64,000 nt of DNA, taken from contig OZ243938.1 in NCBI GenBank assembly GCA_965214095.1, forward strand, positions 1,248,001-1,312,000, given 5' to 3'. The position numbers and the translations under genes were made by a program. Within the stretch, counting starts at the first letter, position 1; every line of letters starts with the position of its first letter. The stretch comes from Candidatus Poribacteria bacterium. GTDB taxonomy: Bacteria; Poribacteria; WGA-4E; WGA-3G. Shown here in pieces: positions 40,701 to 50,268 of the stretch. The notes below the pieces were generated by a model, which saw only the letters and a program-made list of their open reading frames with translations, was not told the DNA's origin and ran no database searches.

Positions 40701-40782
40701 AATAGATTATGCGGTTCCGCTTATCTCAGTGCCAGATGTTCCTACAAATTCGCTCTATTTCCGTATTGGTAGTACATTTTGA
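37714..40782 (+). CDS. BamA/TamA (Omp85) family outer membrane protein
   Basis: Signal peptide, multiple POTRA domains (Y..GY), RFWAGGSTTVRGY, FLDSGNVW, terminal Phe (FRIGSTF). Confidence 0.92.
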   Translation: MYRFIFISLLSLSFISPISFASIDKSQSQTPTENTISQEKIVRIEYIVDNKPVTDIEQIRKLEELTQITVGTQFSRHAIQQSVISLYSIQEYSQIEVYIDGNIQEKILIFKIKTVMEIKEARITGVASEELNRSIRNVLRLKQGDMYFREIAETDLKSIMRVCENHGYFGVQVDIKTDTSKGSLTYQIALGDPTYITKFQMQGNTAIFTEHITEACNTQVGKIYMKSTINEDFTAIRSLYRKRYYPDVKIKPTFDYQNGVLTYEIQEGKQLLLDFVDVNGKPILQDSFFSKLIANLQLNREESERDKLRGKIERYINNESEWIKVVQTHYQQKGYYGTEVTTRTLTNSPLHVEFTIRPGKRYLVKSVEFIGNEAFAREELLREMETKLTNFLSKYIRKTFFSELTLEKDKNRLKILYEKSGYPNVKITSIINRLNSKNGKDGEVTIKLSIVEPYKEVIYRCSFQGNNVLVDHTLYRVLPNKLPQPNAKLIQKNYENAILKAYNDRGYIDAEVVETQFFHKYDTPTFEIKGDFTELLNAGTLSNEIRETFREHNLSLTGMHIATRIDDEWSIQDIDGNLRYALLQNKDRLSVYEYGILQLTISEGDKIEFGRFIFNEDLSVYPSILTREVAHLSGTLFTPDKLNQARQNIYNTRIFEHGISYRRSLPINTEEQDNTLDDSQPLNLSPNRTVVNDVTFFLQERKPGSYGASIGVSSSDGPRGTISLSHLNLFRRNIRFQLRGRWGFRAYLYDTTLTEPWLIGRTSGSIQILGRQLEEDDGVRALQSSFSLSRKLPAAHRLNLDYSFRFLKDTSLETIDPELSTTVSSVRFQWRQDTQFPSLNPVSGMFNEVTLEYAGGILGGRSSFIKTVAKSIYHQQLNNSGYVLSSSLRLGLTTGLQRNRESELISFERFWAGGSTTVRGYEERGLGPEDTTGKHRGNVQFIFNTELRFTILDPFQGILFLDSGNVWGSFDEIDYSWMPTSVGVGLRLNLGPLIGGIDYAVPLISVPDVPTNSLYFRIGSTF

Positions 40783-40792
40783 TTGCCATCAG

Positions 40793-41728
40793 TTATTCAG
40801 AAGGGTCATAAGGTCTCCCCAAAGCGAGTGGTGCTTCTGCGCGCCCAACAAAACCCGCTAAAACAGTGAGACAGAGGATAAAGGGGAGCATTTTAAACCA
40901 CTGATATTGTATTCCCAAACCAAACGCTTGAAACAGAGCATCCATTGCATATCCCAATCCAAACAGTAGTGCAGCACCACAAGCTTTCACAGGATGCCAT
41001 TTTCCAAAAATGACAATAGCCAGAGCCACAAAACCGCGTCCAGATGTCATTCCTGGTAGGAAATAAGGCACAGCTGCAAGAGATAAATAGCCGCCACCAA
41101 TGCCAGCCATAGTACCGGCAAACAGCAAACATGTCGTCCGAATAAGCAAAACGTTGGATCCGACAGTAGATATTGCTTTAGGATGTTCCCCGCAGGCGCG
41201 AACTTTTAATCCGTAATGTGTATGATATAAGAAGAAATACACACAAGGGACAAGTAGAAAGGCTATGTAGACAATGATATTATGAGAAAAGAGTATCTCT
41301 CCAATTATAGGAATGTTTTCAAAAAAAGGAATCTTGATATCTTCAAAATCGTGAACACCCGTTTGACTACCAATACCTCCTAACAGTCGATCATATAGCA
41401 CCTCAGTCAATCCTAACGCTAATAATGTGATTGCTGTACCTATTACAATCTGATCGCCTCGAAGTTTAATTGCAAAATATGAGAATATCGCTGCGGTGAT
41501 AAGACCACTGAGACCTGCAGTCAAAATTCCTATCCACGGTGCGAGGAACGGTATTGCAGAAGTATAATATGATCCTAACAGACCAAAAAGAGCACCAAAA
41601 AGCATCATTCCTTCAATGCCGATGTTTATCACGCCAGCACGTTGAGATACCACCTCCCCCAATGCAGCAAGCAATAGAGGGGTTGATGCATATATTGTAG
41701 CAACGATGATGTTTTCAAAAATCTCCAA
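40793..41728 (-). CDS. ABC transporter permease (nucleoside/sugar type)
   Basis: TPLLLAALGE..RAGVINIGIEG, ACGEHP, GRGFVALA.IFGKW.P. Confidence 0.92.
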   Translation of the reverse strand: MEIFENIIVATIYASTPLLLAALGEVVSQRAGVINIGIEGMMLFGALFGLLGSYYTSAIPFLAPWIGILTAGLSGLITAAIFSYFAIKLRGDQIVIGTAITLLALGLTEVLYDRLLGGIGSQTGVHDFEDIKIPFFENIPIIGEILFSHNIIVYIAFLLVPCVYFFLYHTHYGLKVRACGEHPKAISTVGSNVLLIRTTCLLFAGTMAGIGGGYLSLAAVPYFLPGMTSGRGFVALAIVIFGKWHPVKACGAALLFGLGYAMDALFQAFGLGIQYQWFKMLPFILCLTVLAGFVGRAEAPLALGRPYDPSE

Positions 41729-41778
41729 AATGTTCCTTTATATTAGTATCTAATTCAATCCTTGTGTTACCGACATAT

Positions 41779-42882
41779 TTACTTTTTTGCTTGTTTCTGT
41801 AGAAGACTTATAGAACCGAAACCGATGGCAAAGAGTAGAATAATTGCTTGCATCATCCAAGTTACTTGTCTTGAAATGCCGACCTCTGATTCCATAGCAA
41901 ATGAACCTTCTGCAAGTGCACCGAAGAATAGTGCAGAAACAATTGTTAGTAGAGGATGCAGTCTTGCCAATAATGCAACAGCAATAGCCGTGTATCCATA
42001 TCCGGGTGAGAAGTTAGGTGTGAGTCGTGGTGCAAGAGCCATAAGTTCAATTGCCCCACCAAGTGCTGCGAGTGCCCCACTAATACAAAAAACGCGTATA
42101 GTATTTTGTGGAATGGAAATTCCGGCTGCTTCTGCGGCTCCGGCTCCCTCACCAACAGCACGTAGTTGGTATCCATAAGTAGTTCGGAATAGTACATAAG
42201 TTAAGACTGCAGCTAAAATAACCGCAATAATAATCCCAGAATGGATTCGATATGTTCCGATAAGATCGGGTAAACGTGCCCACAGCACTATCGGGTCACT
42301 TTGTGGTCCGGTTTTTGAAGCTTCCTGCAGAGGTCCTCCATCTATCATCAGACTAACAAAGTAAATTGCAATGTAATTCAACATGATGGTACTGATAACT
42401 TCATTGACACCGCGTGTAATCTTGAGGATAGCGGGTACTATACCCCATAGACTGCCTGCAAGAATTGCAAAGATGAAACAGAGCGGAATTGCTATCCAAG
42501 AAGTATTTGGTAGGACATATACCAACTTTGTTCCGATATATGATGCTGCTAATGCCCCCATAAGGAACTGTCCTTCCGCTCCAATGTTCCATATCCCGCA
42601 TCGAAACGCGATTGCTACAGAAAGACCTGTCATGAGATATGGTGTTCCTTTTACCAGTGTTTCACTTATGCCTCCGAATGAACCCAAAGTTATGACTGCT
42701 GCTGCGAGGTAAGCGTCAATTGGATTGTAGCCACATAGTAACATCACAATCCCATTAGCTATAAATGCCCCAGATAGTATTAGAAATGGAGAAAGAATCC
42801 ACTGAGTGAAGCGCGGATATTTTTCCATATAGTTTAAGCAAACGGATTTTATGTCTTGATAGTAGGTAAGTAGATTAGGCAA
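41779..42882 (-). CDS. ABC transporter permease (nucleoside/sugar type)
   Basis: FRCGIWNIGAEGQ, VNEVISTIMLNY, GYGYTAIAVALL. Confidence 0.92.
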   Translation of the reverse strand: MPNLLTYYQDIKSVCLNYMEKYPRFTQWILSPFLILSGAFIANGIVMLLCGYNPIDAYLAAAVITLGSFGGISETLVKGTPYLMTGLSVAIAFRCGIWNIGAEGQFLMGALAASYIGTKLVYVLPNTSWIAIPLCFIFAILAGSLWGIVPAILKITRGVNEVISTIMLNYIAIYFVSLMIDGGPLQEASKTGPQSDPIVLWARLPDLIGTYRIHSGIIIAVILAAVLTYVLFRTTYGYQLRAVGEGAGAAEAAGISIPQNTIRVFCISGALAALGGAIELMALAPRLTPNFSPGYGYTAIAVALLARLHPLLTIVSALFFGALAEGSFAMESEVGISRQVTWMMQAIILLFAIGFGSISLLQKQAKK

Positions 42883-44443
42883 CGGTATCCGACTCTCCTG
42901 TCATAAATAGTCCTAAAGTCTCAATGTCATCACGATAGTTTGTAGCCTCAATTAGCTTTCCCTTTGACATTACATAAAGCCTATCACTCAGCTGCAACAC
43001 TTCATCCAATTCTGTTGAAATCAAAAGGACTGACTTTTTCAATGTTCGTTGGGCAAGTAAATTTAGATGCACATATTGTGCTGCACTAATATCCAATCCT
43101 CGTGTAGGATTAACTGCAATCAGCAATTCAGGTTGTGGTGATATTTCTCTTGCGAGGACAATTTTCTGTTGGTTTCCACCTGAAAGGGTTGATGCTGCCG
43201 CGTCTGCAATGGGTGGACGTATATTGTATGCATCAATTAAACTTGATGAATGTTCATATCTCAGTCTTTGATCAATTATACCCCACTTTGAAATTTTATC
43301 AATTTGTGAAGTATTTAACATAAGGTTCTCTGCTATAGAGAAAGTAGTGATCACACCTGTTGTGCGTCTATCTTCTGGGATATAACCGACACCACACTGT
43401 CGGATGTGCTTTGTTCCAATCGGTTTTCTACCTAAGATCTCAATTTGTCCTGTAACTGATGTGCGTAGTCCCATAATTGCTTCAGCCAATTCGCGTTGAC
43501 CATTTCCATCAACACCTGCTATACCTACAATTTCTCCTCTAAATGTGTTTAATGTAATATCGGCAACGGCTATTTCATTACGATTTCCTTTTACTTTCAA
43601 ACCTGAGATATGAAGTACAAGGTCAGTTGTTGCTTCAGTTTCTTTTCTTTCAATTTCAGGTATTTCTTCTCCAATCATTTCTTTAGCAAGTTCTCGTGCG
43701 GAGAGTTCACCTGTTTTTCCTTGATATACTTTCTTACCTCTTCTCAAGACTGTGATTCTATCGCTAACTTCCAATACCTCTTTCATTTTGTGACTAATGA
43801 ATATGATAGAACGATTGTCTGCTTGTAGCAATCGCAGTATAGAAAAGAAACTGTTTACTTCTTGTGGACTAAGAACAGCAGTGGGTTCATCGAGAATCAG
43901 TATTCTTGCATCAACTGCGAGTGCCTTGAGTATCTCAACACGTTGCTTTAATCCGACAGATAAGGTGCTGATAAGGGCATTCGGATCAACATCTAAGTTA
44001 AACTGGTGAGAGAGTGCGTTTGTAATCTGTATGGCTTCATCTTTTTTATAGCGAAATTTACTAAGGCTCGGCATTATTTCATCGGTTGTATCTGGAGTAG
44101 AACGTTCTCGTGAACTGAATTGGGAAACAGTGAGTGCGATATTCTCTGCTACCGTAAGGTTCTCAACCAACATAAAATGTTGATGTACCATACCGATACC
44201 GTGTTCAATTGCATCTTTTGGTGATTTTAAGCGGGTTGGGATACCTGAGATGGAGATATTACCGCTTGTAGGTTGGTATAGTCCGTAGATGAGATTCATC
44301 AGTGTAGATTTCCCAGCACCGTTCTCACCTAATATAGCATGGATTTCACTTGACTTTATTTCAAAATTGATATTGTCAACTGCGACAAGGTCACCGAACT
44401 TTTTCGTGACATTTTGTAGTTGAAGTATATTATCTGTTTCCAT
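42875..44443 (-). CDS. ABC transporter ATP-binding protein (two NBDs)
   Basis: GENGAGKST, LILDEPT, LSGGNQQK, NPTRGLD. Confidence 0.95.
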   Translation of the reverse strand: METDNILQLQNVTKKFGDLVAVDNINFEIKSSEIHAILGENGAGKSTLMNLIYGLYQPTSGNISISGIPTRLKSPKDAIEHGIGMVHQHFMLVENLTVAENIALTVSQFSSRERSTPDTTDEIMPSLSKFRYKKDEAIQITNALSHQFNLDVDPNALISTLSVGLKQRVEILKALAVDARILILDEPTAVLSPQEVNSFFSILRLLQADNRSIIFISHKMKEVLEVSDRITVLRRGKKVYQGKTGELSARELAKEMIGEEIPEIERKETEATTDLVLHISGLKVKGNRNEIAVADITLNTFRGEIVGIAGVDGNGQRELAEAIMGLRTSVTGQIEILGRKPIGTKHIRQCGVGYIPEDRRTTGVITTFSIAENLMLNTSQIDKISKWGIIDQRLRYEHSSSLIDAYNIRPPIADAAASTLSGGNQQKIVLAREISPQPELLIAVNPTRGLDISAAQYVHLNLLAQRTLKKSVLLISTELDEVLQLSDRLYVMSKGKLIEATNYRDDIETLGLFMTGESDTVA

Positions 44444-45295
44444 TTATATCGCACACCATTTTTCAGCTCTATTATCTGTCAATTCACCATCATAAGCAAC
44501 AAATCGTAGTCCAATTTTCCATGTGTCTTGAGATTTAGTTTGCACTGTACCTGTCTGCGTAGGATTATATAGAGCCATTCCATAATCACGGATAAACCAA
44601 GGACCGCGGACTTCATCGTCAAGTATTTTCATAAAGACACCTAAATGACCGTGTCCGTGAAGCGTATTTTGGTATGCGATATAATCCGATAAATTGTCGT
44701 CTATCACCTCAACTTTGCCTCTTCGGTCGTTATCACCAATAACCACACCACCCATCACCGGTAACAGTCTCGGTTCAACTCGCATACCGATACTGCCATA
44801 TTTTGTTTGTGGATATTCAACATCACCATAAGCAGCTACTTTTTCACTTGTCATTTCACAAACTGTACCGTCCTCAATAGCATAAAGATTAACAGAGCGT
44901 TTTTCATCAATCAAGGGTTCTTCGTTTGCATCACGCCAAACAATATTTTGTGTAAACTGCACACCATTTGCATGTAGTGATATATCAATTTCTTTCTGAG
45001 TTTCCATGCGTCCCAAGTTCTCAAAAAGTCGGTCAGTAAAGGATCGTCGTGGGGGTGCTCCCCAAAACCACGCTTCTCGTTCTGCTACCTTGACGGGAGC
45101 TTGTCCGACAAATATACCGTTATGAAAGGGATGGTCAAAAGCGAACTCCTGAATAACTGTGTGTCCTGAAGGGGTATAAAATGGAAAAACAAACGGGCGG
45201 TAAAAGTTTGTACCAATTCCACCTAAACACCGACCTGTATTGGTTTCAACAACTAAATGTGTTCTTGCATTTATAATAACTTCGTAATTGCTCAT
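44444..45295 (-). CDS. PmoA-like/DUF6807 family protein
   Basis: RPFVFPFYTPSG..DHPFHNGIF, YGSIGMRV, PWFIRDYG; start at MSNYEV (RBS GGTGA) because the longer ORF runs into element D. Confidence 0.7.
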   Translation of the reverse strand: MSNYEVIINARTHLVVETNTGRCLGGIGTNFYRPFVFPFYTPSGHTVIQEFAFDHPFHNGIFVGQAPVKVAEREAWFWGAPPRRSFTDRLFENLGRMETQKEIDISLHANGVQFTQNIVWRDANEEPLIDEKRSVNLYAIEDGTVCEMTSEKVAAYGDVEYPQTKYGSIGMRVEPRLLPVMGGVVIGDNDRRGKVEVIDDNLSDYIAYQNTLHGHGHLGVFMKILDDEVRGPWFIRDYGMALYNPTQTGTVQTKSQDTWKIGLRFVAYDGELTDNRAEKWCAI

Positions 45296-45304
45296 ATATT
45301 CACC

Positions 45305-45434
45305 TAGTGGAGTGTCCATTCTTATATTGTAGGTCGGGTAGAGGCACGACACCCGACTTTATTGATGATATAAGGCTGCATGTCGGGTTTCGTGCCTCTA
45401 CCCGACCTACAATTTTAGTGTAGACAGAACACTA
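45305..45434. mobile_element. MITE/REPIN-like element D: TIRs plus inverted REP doublet
   Basis: TAGTG...CACTA ends; 29-bp REP arms at 45329-45357 and 45382-45410 are inverted with 1 mismatch; the whole element folds as a long hairpin. Confidence 0.85.
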
Positions 45435-45585
45435 ACTTGTGTTTTGAAATTGATCTGGAAACGTCTCTACATAGAAACTATTTCACAAAGTATAATAATG
45501 GATTGAATATTGATTATATCTCAATAAAGTATATGGTATCAATATTGAGATGTCAACGTCAAATTGAAATCCATCTTTCTGCATC

Positions 45586-45614
45586 TTGCTTAATATGGTA
45601 GTTTGTGGTATAAT
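45586..45614 (+). promoter_or_regulatory. Sigma70-like promoter
   Basis: TTGCTT-N17-TATAAT with extended -10 TG. Confidence 0.6.
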
Positions 45615-45650
45615 GAATCAAACAACACAAGTAATGAGGAGGAAAAGATT

Positions 45651-45998
45651 ATGCCGTATTGTCCAGAATGTAACACAGAATATAAAGAGACAGTAATGAT
45701 CTGTTCTGAATGTGATGTAGATCTTCTTCCTGGCTTAGTTCCAACGCAAGGACGAGGTTCTGTTGATTGGTATGCGGTTCACTCTGTACCGAATGAAGTT
45801 ACCGGATATATCCTCAAGAGTGTGTTAGAGGATGAAGGTATTGAAGTTTTCTTACGTTCAAATGAAATACCTGCATACGGTGGGCTTAAAGGAACTTTAG
45901 TAAAATCCGAATGGGGTGAAATTCTCGTTCCTACCTATAGTGTTCAACGAGCTTTGGAGTGTATCAAAGCATATATCGACTCATTAAATCAAGATTAG
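45651..45998 (+). CDS. Zinc-ribbon plus DUF2007 (putative signal-transducing) protein
   Basis: MPYCPEC..CSEC, then ILKSVLEDEGIEV..EILVP; RBS GAGGAGG. Confidence 0.82.
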   Translation: MPYCPECNTEYKETVMICSECDVDLLPGLVPTQGRGSVDWYAVHSVPNEVTGYILKSVLEDEGIEVFLRSNEIPAYGGLKGTLVKSEWGEILVPTYSVQRALECIKAYIDSLNQD

Positions 45999-46017
45999 TC
46001 TATGTAGGTAGATTGCT

Positions 46018-46215
46018 ATGAAAGCAAGGCAAATCTACCTGTTTAGAAAAATGAAGACTCCAACTGATACAAGCGGAAAAGTGTTTGTTCATGGATACAG
46101 GCGAAGCAATGGAACTCAGGTTAAATCGTATTGGCGAAAACTCCCGGGAAGACAGATTGGTGCGCGTAGACATAACACGCGAAAAAATGGACAGATACCA
46201 CTTTTTGAAAATTAG
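46018..46215 (+). CDS. Small basic hypothetical protein
   Basis: Fills the gap between two co-oriented genes exactly; motif VHGYRRSNGTQVKSYWR. Confidence 0.65.
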   Translation: MKARQIYLFRKMKTPTDTSGKVFVHGYRRSNGTQVKSYWRKLPGRQIGARRHNTRKNGQIPLFEN

Positions 46216-46221
46216 TTGTAT

Positions 46222-47382
46222 ATGATTAAACGTTACTTTCCTTCAATTATTTTACTGCTTTTATTTACTTGTATATCCATCTATGGAGACGTATACCGTA
46301 TTCGGCAAGGTGACAACCTCCTGATTGCAGTGATTGGACAGCCAGAATATAGTCAATCTGTGCAGGTCAGAGCGGATGGAAGAATTAGTTACTTTGGTGG
46401 AGATATACAGGTAGCAGGAAAAACAACTGAAGAAACAAAAGAGTTAATCAGTGCTTTTTTATTGGAAGATGAACTAATCAAAAACCCAATAATCATGGTT
46501 TCTCTTGTCTCACAAGAAAATGGCGTGTTTGTTGGTGGTGCTGTCAAGACACCAGGACGTTACGTTATTTCGCCAGAGTCGGATATAGATATAAATAGGA
46601 CTATTGCTCTTGCGGGTGGCATGACTGAGAATGCTGACACAACACTTGTTCAACTTATAAGATTTAAGAGCTATAGAGACAAAAAGGCTGAATCAGCACA
46701 AACACAAGATATATCAACATTAGTTGAGACTTATGACCTCTCAACAAATCAACCTATCAAAGATATCCGTGTCAATTCTAATGACCTCGTGTATGTATCA
46801 CAACTAAGTGTGATTGATATACAAGGTGAAGTAAATGCTCCGGGTAAAATATTTGTACACCAAAAAATAGGCGTAGATAATGCATTAGCGAGAGCTGGTG
46901 GTTTTACTGAAGAAGCAAATAGAAAAAGTGTTGTAAAGGTAAGTAAAGATGGGACTTTATCAGAGTTGAACGTTGGTGAAGACTTTTGGAAACCCTCTGG
47001 AAATGACATTGAAACGACATTTCTATCCGATGGAGATGTCCTATTCGTCCCCAATGCATTCAAAGTAGAACCTATTTATGTAAACGGTTACGTGCGAACA
47101 CCTGGGGCACATAGAGTCCGTAGACCTATGACAATACAAAAAGCCATTGCCATTGCTGGTGGTTTTGAAAATGAAGCTAATAGAAACAAGGTACATATAC
47201 ATCGTAGTGATGGTACTACCATAGTTCATGAGATTGAACCTGGTGTTGACAATGTCTTGATTTATCCTGGAGACATTTTAGAGGTAGACAAAAAATTTGA
47301 AATGAACTGGGGATTGATCAGCACTGTCTCAACCACTGTTATCGGCATAACCTATTTTATTATCAACCTTGCACAAAGGTAA
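46222..47382 (+). CDS. Polysaccharide export protein with SLBB domains (Wza-like)
   Basis: YRIRQGDNL..VRADGRIS..VAGKT; three SLBB repeats (G.V..PG...A.AGG). Confidence 0.88.
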   Translation: MIKRYFPSIILLLLFTCISIYGDVYRIRQGDNLLIAVIGQPEYSQSVQVRADGRISYFGGDIQVAGKTTEETKELISAFLLEDELIKNPIIMVSLVSQENGVFVGGAVKTPGRYVISPESDIDINRTIALAGGMTENADTTLVQLIRFKSYRDKKAESAQTQDISTLVETYDLSTNQPIKDIRVNSNDLVYVSQLSVIDIQGEVNAPGKIFVHQKIGVDNALARAGGFTEEANRKSVVKVSKDGTLSELNVGEDFWKPSGNDIETTFLSDGDVLFVPNAFKVEPIYVNGYVRTPGAHRVRRPMTIQKAIAIAGGFENEANRNKVHIHRSDGTTIVHEIEPGVDNVLIYPGDILEVDKKFEMNWGLISTVSTTVIGITYFIINLAQR

Positions 47383-47422
47383 TATCAAAGTGGAAATGTC
47401 TATGTTCAACAGTCCTGAAAAT

Positions 47423-49255
47423 TTAGTAAACTAATAACAGTTTGCTTTGATATGGTTTAAATGTGCGATTAACATAAGTATTTCCGTTTGCATACCAGAT
47501 ATCTAATGGTATGACTTTCCCTGTAGCAAACTCTGTTTCTTGAACTTTCTCAACCCTTCCTATTATTTCAACCAATGTATCATACGATTCATTCTCCGTG
47601 TTGTGTAAATAAAAGGATTGATGGTTTTCGGAAATTCTATGATGTATCTTCACTGTTTCAAGTCGTTGGTTCTCATTGCCATAATATACATTGATAGCAG
47701 GAGTGATCCACTTTTGTAGCAGTTTTCTAAGTTCAATTTCTCTCTCATTTTCTGGACCATCTAATATAGTTGTTCGTCTTCCATAGACAAGACGTTCCAG
47801 CAAATAAGGTTCCAGTCCTATTTTGCCATTCAATAGATAGGGAACAGGAGCATTTACTATTAGTTTCCCTTTTGATTTTGTGAACGATGTCAAACATTGG
47901 ATTGTGTTTTCATGAAGTGACAGACAACTCGGAAGCAAAACCAAGTGGTAATCACCTCCATTGAGATTAATCACGGCATCTTTCTTATCAATGTGAGCAT
48001 CAAATAGTTGTTCTTCAGTGACAATATCAAAATCATATCCCATATTCCATACTATTTGACATAACCAACCCCACGTTTTCGTAATGGAATTCCACTGCTT
48101 CTCTTCAGGTTTCATCCAAAGACTCTGTGTCGGTGCCAGCATTAGTAATTGTCGTTTAGGAAACCCATTTTGTAATACCTCAATTTGTTGATCAGACACT
48201 AATCCATCATTTTTTATTGTATTTCCATGAGTAAGCCATGTATTGAAACCGTGAACAGTGTCATTGTTAAACTGGATTAATGACAGTTTTTCTTTTTGTA
48301 CTATCCCAACATGTTTTGAATGACTGCACACTGATTTAGAGACAACAAACTGACGTGCCGTATCAGATTCTGATCTCACAAGAATAGGACAATCAATTTG
48401 TTGTAAAAGGGTTCTCAGTTCGTATTGAAGGGACCGCGCACTTTCCTGTATAGTCATTGCAAGTCTGAGTTTGTGCTCATGACAGAATTTACGAAGTCCG
48501 GCAATGAAACTTCGAACAAATTGGGAAGTCAATTCCTGCCAGAACACGCTCCTTATCACAGGTGAATTGTATTTTTCGTAAAAAAGAAATGGTAGGAAAC
48601 TTGATCTGGTGTTTTGCGTTCTGCTCTCTAAATCCTGGAAGTTTTCATCACGAATATAATCCAAGAGAGTATTACTCCAAGGTATTGATATTGCATCTGA
48701 GTCAAAAACAGACAAGAATTGGGGAGGTTCAATAGCAAATCCAAGGATTGATTTAGATCTATATGTCTCAAGATATCTGACAGGATATTGTTTAATGAAT
48801 GTATTTACCCCATCGCTACTAAGTAAATCATAGTTGTTTACATCGGACTGATATATGTAAAGAATAGTCCTTCCAATTAAGCGTTCTGCAACTGCAATAT
48901 CTCCTGCAATACAATTTTGGATGTATTCTGTGATGTTGTAATACAATGTTTCTGACCCTGGTTGTGCTACCAGAAAAAACTGATAAAATGTAGAATGACT
49001 ATTTTCCGCATTATTTCCAAACAATAAATGTCGTAAGTATAGTTGTATGTTTTGAGCTTTTTCAGATGCCTTGAACTTTATTTCTAATATGTTCAATCGG
49101 TACCGTGTTTTTAAAACAGTAGAATCCAACTTAATCCATGTCTGCTTTCCTAACCGAGATAGTTTTTTTAACTCAGTTTGATGTGCTGCAGACATATTGA
49201 AATTTGGATAATTTAGTAAATGGCTGTGAACAGGTAAGAAGAAATCGCTGTTCAT
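47423..49255 (-). CDS. Hypothetical protein, distant glycoside hydrolase-like (GH106/GH42-like middle domain)
   Basis: IPWS..L..FWQELTSQF..F...RKFCHEHKL; YDFDIVTEEQL..YHLVLLP..F.KSKGKLI. Confidence 0.5.
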   Translation of the reverse strand: MNSDFFLPVHSHLLNYPNFNMSAAHQTELKKLSRLGKQTWIKLDSTVLKTRYRLNILEIKFKASEKAQNIQLYLRHLLFGNNAENSHSTFYQFFLVAQPGSETLYYNITEYIQNCIAGDIAVAERLIGRTILYIYQSDVNNYDLLSSDGVNTFIKQYPVRYLETYRSKSILGFAIEPPQFLSVFDSDAISIPWSNTLLDYIRDENFQDLESRTQNTRSSFLPFLFYEKYNSPVIRSVFWQELTSQFVRSFIAGLRKFCHEHKLRLAMTIQESARSLQYELRTLLQQIDCPILVRSESDTARQFVVSKSVCSHSKHVGIVQKEKLSLIQFNNDTVHGFNTWLTHGNTIKNDGLVSDQQIEVLQNGFPKRQLLMLAPTQSLWMKPEEKQWNSITKTWGWLCQIVWNMGYDFDIVTEEQLFDAHIDKKDAVINLNGGDYHLVLLPSCLSLHENTIQCLTSFTKSKGKLIVNAPVPYLLNGKIGLEPYLLERLVYGRRTTILDGPENEREIELRKLLQKWITPAINVYYGNENQRLETVKIHHRISENHQSFYLHNTENESYDTLVEIIGRVEKVQETEFATGKVIPLDIWYANGNTYVNRTFKPYQSKLLLVY

Positions 49256-49414
49256 ACTATCAATGTCCCAGACTGTGGTTTGAATTGTAGGTCTTGTGTT
49301 TCAATATTGTTGCATGTCTATGGTGCATCTGTTATTATATCATCTAATTGGTTGAAATGACAATTTTCCACCAGTTTTATTGGACATTGATAGGTTGAAT
49401 TAGAAAGGATTATT

Positions 49415-50239
49415 ATGATCGGTTTATCATATCATGCAGGTGGAATGAAAGACCTTCCACTACGAGATGTTGTATCTATACTCTCTGATGTTGGTTATGA
49501 TGCTATAGAGATGATGTGTGGTCCTGAAGCACACATCCCATCAGGTGAAATAACAGACTCTGTACTTAGAGATGTCAAACTTTTGACAGATGATCACGGT
49601 TTGCAGATTTCTGTTATCAATCCTTTTACCGGTAAAGGACTCTACCATCTTGCTTTAGAAGATATGCAGACAGCGATTGATCATTACGCCATACTTCAGG
49701 ATGTAGCAGTTGCCCTTGATGCCGGTGGCGTAAATTTTCTCACAGGATATGGTGGTGATAAGGGAGATGCGTATGCTTGGAAAATACTTGTAGATGTCCT
49801 AAAGCCTATCTGTCAACGCGCAGCGGAACTCAGTATTACGATGAATATTCATAATCATGAAGCAAACACTATTGACACATCTTCAAAAGTATTGTTGTTG
49901 ATAGAACACGTTGGTTCTGATGCCTTGAAAGTGCTTAATGATATTACCAATTTCTATCACCTTGGTGAAGACATCGCGGAAGTAACTAAAAAGTTGGGTC
50001 CGCTTACCACTCATTGTCATGTCAAGGGAATAGCAGGAATGTATCCTTACAGCACATTTCTTATTCCAGGTGAGGAAAGAGATGAATTGGACTTTAAAAC
50101 TTTTGCAGAAGCGTTGGGAAATGTAGGATATGACAAATACGTTTCTGTTGAAACTTTCCCACAGATGCGAATGGAGAAAGCACAAATTGCCTACCATAAG
50201 ATGGCTACAACTTTAAAGGAATTAGGATTAAGGGATTGA
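49415..50239 (+). CDS. Sugar phosphate isomerase/epimerase (xylose isomerase-like TIM barrel)
   Basis: GYDAIE, IHNHE, DITNF, HCHVK, GYDKYVSVE. Confidence 0.88.
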   Translation: MIGLSYHAGGMKDLPLRDVVSILSDVGYDAIEMMCGPEAHIPSGEITDSVLRDVKLLTDDHGLQISVINPFTGKGLYHLALEDMQTAIDHYAILQDVAVALDAGGVNFLTGYGGDKGDAYAWKILVDVLKPICQRAAELSITMNIHNHEANTIDTSSKVLLLIEHVGSDALKVLNDITNFYHLGEDIAEVTKKLGPLTTHCHVKGIAGMYPYSTFLIPGEERDELDFKTFAEALGNVGYDKYVSVETFPQMRMEKAQIAYHKMATTLKELGLRD

Positions 50240-50268
50240 TGGATATTTTCTATCTATTCAAGAAATCG

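Noticed and set aside
45296-45352. N-terminal extension of the DUF6807-like ORF
   Set aside because: It is read-through into REP element D.
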